This document shows, in pieces, positions 59,832-64,000 of a stretch of 64,000 nucleotides of DNA (within the stretch, counting starts at the first letter, position 1; every line of letters begins with the position of its first letter). The DNA is from a plasmid. The stretch is from sequence record NZ_CP041325.1; one strand, given 5' to 3'. The notes under the pieces were generated by a model that was given only the letters and a program-made list of their open reading frames with translations, was not told where the DNA came from and searched no databases. The translations under genes were made by a program, and so were the position numbers.

Positions 59832-60131
59832 TTACTGATGTAGCTCCTTTTTCCAGTTTTCGAGTTTTAACAAGACCTTCTCCAAATAGGCACAATTGTA
59901 ACGTTGTTGATTTAGCTCTTGAAGAGTCCTGATTTGTATTTTAGTATCTCTTGGGGAATGGGATTTACTTAGTGATTTTTCACATTCTAAGGATTCGATT
60001 TTCAACTTCGTTTCTCGAATGTTCTTCTGTAAAGTTTCTTTTGCTAATAAAAGAATCGTCTTTCTCAATTCATTAGGTGTTTCAAATGTATTTCCCACCA
60101 TAAAACCTCCTGTTTTTGAGTAATCAAGCAA
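59832..60131 (-). CDS. hypothetical coiled-coil protein
   Basis: Intact ORF. Confidence 0.25.
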   Translation of the reverse strand: MLDYSKTGGFMVGNTFETPNELRKTILLLAKETLQKNIRETKLKIESLECEKSLSKSHSPRDTKIQIRTLQELNQQRYNCAYLEKVLLKLENWKKELHQ

Positions 60132-60175
60132 GGGGCACGCCCCTTGCTTGATTCAGTTTTAGAAATAGCCTTTTT

Positions 60176-60611
60176 CCTTCAAGGAAATACCCTTTTCATT
60201 TCCCACAATGACGTGGTCGAGCAAATCAATCCCGAGTATCTTTCCGCATTCATCAAGGCGTTTGAAACTTCGATATCCTCCATACTCGGCGCAGGGTCAA
60301 ATGAAGGATGGTTATGAGCTACAATAATGCTTTTTCCGTTATTCAAAATGGCACTTTTGAAGACTTCTCGCGGTGCTACAATGGAAGCGTTAATGGCGCC
60401 GATATGGCATCGATGGACAGCTACCACTTTATTCTTGGTATTCAAGACGAGTACGAGAAACACTTCTCTATCTTCATCACCTATCAACTGGCGTACAGCT
60501 TCCATCACTTTTTTCGGACTGCTGCACGTGACCTCTTTCATGAATTCGTACTTTTCCTCAACCTCTAATACCTCTTGTTTAATTCTGATGACCTCGATTA
60601 ATTTTTCCATT
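60176..60611 (-). CDS. radC: RadC-like JAB-domain protein, one frameshift ~60222
   Basis: [19 protein letters not shown] (JAMM motif). Confidence 0.7.
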
Positions 60612-61362
60612 TGCCATTTCTCCTTTGAACTTGATTTTTGTTTTTGGTTTCCGAAGCAATTCTCTTCCCAAAGGGGGAAGATTTTTCCCTTTTGGTAAGG
60701 AGAACGGAAGACTCGCATAAAAAAGCCGTCAGTAGAACGTGAAATATCGGAACGCAGTGAGAATATGTCGCGAAAGTCTATTGACGGCTTTTTAAGGCAC
60801 TTCGGCCAAAAACAGTTTGGTGCAGGTTTCCGGACTGTTTATGGCTTAGTGCCTTTGCGGTGTCTTATAGTTCGGATGCCAAAAGGAAAAATCGTATTTC
60901 AAAGGCAAAGCTTGCTTTGCATTCCGTTCGGATCTGATTCTTTTGCTTTTTTCTTTCCCATTGTCGTGGGACCGTGAAGAACGCGACAGGAACCTAGAAG
61001 CTGTTGTCCGTTTGCTGCTTACATATTTTTGTAAGGAGCGAAGGGGTTACAGCTTCTGGTTATCGGCGGGTTTAGGTCACAGCGAGATGCACGAAATTGT
61101 TAGTCAGCGTTTTGGGCTGACTTACAAATTCGTAGCAGACCTTTAGGCAATCCCAGTACGTATTTTGCTTGTGTCATTGACTCACTCTATTTTTGCCTTC
61201 CTGGCTTGCTTGCAAAGCTAGCATAAGAAATTAGGCGAACCTTTCAAGATAAGAAGTAAATGCTCAGCGTACGTAGAAAAAGAAAAAAAGACAACCGATT
61301 CGGCTGCCTTTTTTCTTTCATTTATTATGGGAATTATATCTCTGCGATTGAAGAATCAAAGT

Positions 61363-61701
61363 TTAACGATACAGCTCCACTTTTGCTGGTTTTCTCCGAG
61401 TATGTTTCGTCTTGTTCATATAATTGGTCCGCAGCAGTCGGTGAAGGGGATCTTGTGGTCGGCTTTGGATGGTGTGGGAGACAAAGGCAGTATCAATAGG
61501 AAGTAGTTTCTCGGCTGCCCTTTCTTCATTTATTTGATCCGTCACTTTTTGAATACTGCCGGTATAGGCATATGCTTTAATGATTTGTTGGTGCAGAGTG
61601 GTCGTTTCGTAGGTTTCAGCAAGGTGAACATACTTCTGGAGAAAATCAATCTCTTCTTTTGCACGGCTGATGGTCGGTAAATGTTTCATCACAATCTCCA
61701 A
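61363..61701 (-). CDS. hypothetical protein (112 aa)
   Basis: ORF only. Confidence 0.25.
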   Translation of the reverse strand: MEIVMKHLPTISRAKEEIDFLQKYVHLAETYETTTLHQQIIKAYAYTGSIQKVTDQINEERAAEKLLPIDTAFVSHTIQSRPQDPLHRLLRTNYMNKTKHTRRKPAKVELYR

Positions 61702-61833
61702 TTCTTAAATAAGTTTTCTTTAGTATAGCTGATTCCCATTAAAAGGAATATAAGTGTTTGGAATTTTTCTTTCTTTTAAGAATGGAAAAACAAGAAGTGA
61801 AATGGCCGAAGCCGTCACTCCTTGTTTTTTAGG

Positions 61834-63463
61834 TTATCGTTCCAGTTCTTGTTCTTTATCCTTCGTCTTTTCAGCAACATTCAATTGCTTGAAAGCAGCC
61901 TTCACTTCTTTCGTTTGGGAATGGTCAGGATTCAATCGGTCGATGTGCTGCTGCAGTTCGCCTTTTGTCTGGATCCGTGGATTTTTCACCAATTGCCAGC
62001 CGATGGTGATGCTGTGCTTGTAATCCGCTTTCATGTTCTTTTCCTTCAGAATATGGCCAATGCGTGCGTTCAAATGCTTTGCATTGAGCTGCTGCAGGTG
62101 CTGCGTTTCTTTAACGGCGGTCTTGCTTAGGAAGCGGTCGGTGTTCAATGACTGGGCCAATGCCACTTTCATGATGAATTGCTGGCCTTCCGCTTTCTTA
62201 TGGAAGGTCCGCTGCGTACTCTCCCCGCCTTCAGACGTCACTGCATAAGTTCCATTTTCCAATTTCGTCACCTTCAAGAAATCTTCCGCCTTCTTGTATT
62301 CCTGCACCAGCTGTCCTTTATTCTCCAGAATGTTTAATACCGCATATCGTTCCTGCAGGTCGCTTAAAGGCAAAAATCCGATTAGTATTGGTGCGGAGGA
62401 AGAATTGACTGTCGCGTTCGTTTTGCTCAACTTTGGCAAAGACGACAAGGCCATTTTTAGCATCCAACAGCTGCAGGGTCGGCTGATCAGCTAGGGGAAT
62501 CTGCAATTTCGCCTCCACTTCTTCTTTGATCCGTTCCGGATTGATGGATTGATAAAATTCGTTGATTTTCTCGCTTTGAAGCGAATTAAAGTGCTCAATA
62601 GTCGATTGTGAGATGTCTTGCACTTCTTTGATGGCCTGCTTGGCGAGATTCAGGTCTTGAGCCCACGTGGCGATATAGCCGGTAGAAGAAAGATCCGTAT
62701 CAAAACCGTAATACTGGGAAACGATATAAGCGGCACACTCTGCCTGAGCTTCTTTATGGCCTCTCGGCAAGTCTTTCATATCGTTTTCCTTATGATGCAG
62801 CTGGCTGTGTGCGTACTCATGGATAAGTACCCGGAATTTCTGTTCAGCCGTCTTTGATACGGCGGTATTGATGACGATTTTCTCATCGTTCCGGTTGTAG
62901 TAGCCCCCGTACGACTCGCTTTGGTGCGCTTCTTCCCGGATGACCAAAGAATTGGAAGGATGAGCATTGGTCTGTTCAATAAAGCGGTTGTACAGCTCGG
63001 TCAAGGATTCCGGTGATTTCAACTCTTCTTGAATGAAATCTCTAACATTCGGAATGTCTTTGCCTTCGGTCTGGGAAACATCGAATACTTTCCCCATGAC
63101 AAAACCGCTGATGCTCTGGCGAATCTCCGATTGCGGATCGCCGTTTTCGTCTTTCAGTATTTCACCGGTCTGTTCATTGATTTTCTGAACTTCGACTTTC
63201 TTGAACGATGGAACCAGGATGTCGATGCCCTTCTCCCCTTTATTGACTTGTCTCCCCAGTGCTTGCCACTGTTTGAATCCGCGGACCATGGTCGCTTCAG
63301 GTCGTTGCATGGCAATCAAGAGAGCATTATTGAAGGAATATTGATGGCCGCTTGCCATCACATTCAGCATGTCCTGGAACCGGTTGTTTCGGAACAGCTC
63401 CTCCAGATTCTTCTCCAGTCGGGCATTGATTTCTGTCAGATCCAGCTTAGTCGACATAGTCAA
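61834..63463 (-). CDS. ardC: ArdC-like antirestriction protein (N-terminal DUF1738 ssDNA-binding + HExxH metalloprotease), one frameshift ~62400
   Basis: N-terminal ...FQDMLNVMASGHQYSFNNALLIAMQRPEATMVRGFKQWQALGRQV. VLIHEYAHSQLHH zincin motif. Confidence 0.65.
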
Positions 63464-63671
63464 TCACATCCTTTCTGATGTACCAGGCCTCATAAAGGGG
63501 TTCAGGTTGCCCGTTGATTCGGACCGGTGTGTAACAGGTGATGGTGTAGTCCCGGATATCTTCTTCCAGGTCCAGGATTCCTTCGTATGTAAGTGCCTCA
63601 AACGGCACCGGATCATAAAAACTCAAGATCCGTTTATCACTTGCGATGATGTCGCTGATGGTCACAAGCAT
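63447..63671 (-). CDS. hypothetical small protein (conjugative-element context)
   Basis: Intact ORF overlapping the ardC start. Confidence 0.3.
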   Translation of the reverse strand: MLVTISDIIASDKRILSFYDPVPFEALTYEGILDLEEDIRDYTITCYTPVRINGQPEPLYEAWYIRKDVIDYVD

Positions 63672-63692
63672 CCGTGCTTCTCCCCTTTCTGC

Positions 63693-64000
63693 TTATAGAA
63701 GCGTCCGTAAGTCTTCTGCTTCTTTTTCTTTCAGTCGGTCTTCAATGGTTGGTTCCGGCGTTTCCTCTTCTACGGGCCATTCTTCTTCAAATTCATCAAA
63801 TCCCAAATCAAAGAGCTCCGACTGATCAATCTCCTCTTCGATGATTCGGGTACCGCCGGAAGCTGCGGGTGGCGTTAAATCTGGCAATTCTTCCGGCTCC
63901 TCTGCAAACTGCACAGCTCCCAAGCTCTTGGGTTCTGGAGAAGGTGCCGGCTGCTTTCCTTGGAACTGTTCCACGTAATTTCCGAAAACTTCTGATTGCC
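63693..64000 (-). CDS. acidic hypothetical protein, 5' end beyond window
   Basis: Open frame runs off the window edge. Very acidic (E/D/P-rich). Confidence 0.3.
   Translation of the reverse strand, partial: QSEVFGNYVEQFQGKQPAPSPEPKSLGAVQFAEEPEELPDLTPPAASGGTRIIEEEIDQSELFDLGFDEFEEEWPVEEETPEPTIEDRLKEKEAEDLRTLL

Overview
Firmicutes-type (Bacillaceae/Planococcaceae-like) accessory DNA, about 45-55% GC, with one roughly 6.6-kb AT-rich (~30% GC) island. Most of the window (about 14.5-58.7 kb) is a heavy-metal resistance mega-island. It carries: a Cu module (CopB-type CPH P1B-ATPase, CopC/CopD, DUF326, DUF1541, DUF305, a TCS, and ResA-CcdA-BdbC-BdbD); a Cd/Zn module (cadD, cadC-cadA with a duplicated HMA domain, czrA-czcD); MntH; an arsenic operon (arsR-arsB-arsC-arsD-arsA plus a Cdc25/DSP-like phosphatase, a HesB-like protein and an ACR3/BASS-like permease); and merR-merA. 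The AT-rich island at 3.4-10.05 kb is a decayed-looking defence island. It holds a PARIS-like AriA/AriB pair and a ~1050-aa SIR2-domain protein fused to a putative P-loop NTPase region. It is bounded by an ISL3 transposase remnant and a serine resolvase with its res site, and an orphan ThsB-like TIR (DUF1863) gene lies just beyond the resolvase. A second copy of the res core palindrome sits 48 kb away next to merR, in inverted orientation. The right end (59.8-64 kb) carries conjugative-element backbone genes (RadC/JAB, ArdC-like antirestriction). A tyrosine recombinase with small cargo genes lies at 26-31.7 kb. Very many genes are interrupted by 1-8 frameshifts that mostly fall in homopolymer runs. 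This looks more like indel sequencing error than true pseudogenisation, so gene calls below span the reconstructed full reading frames. No rRNA, tRNA or CRISPR was recognised.
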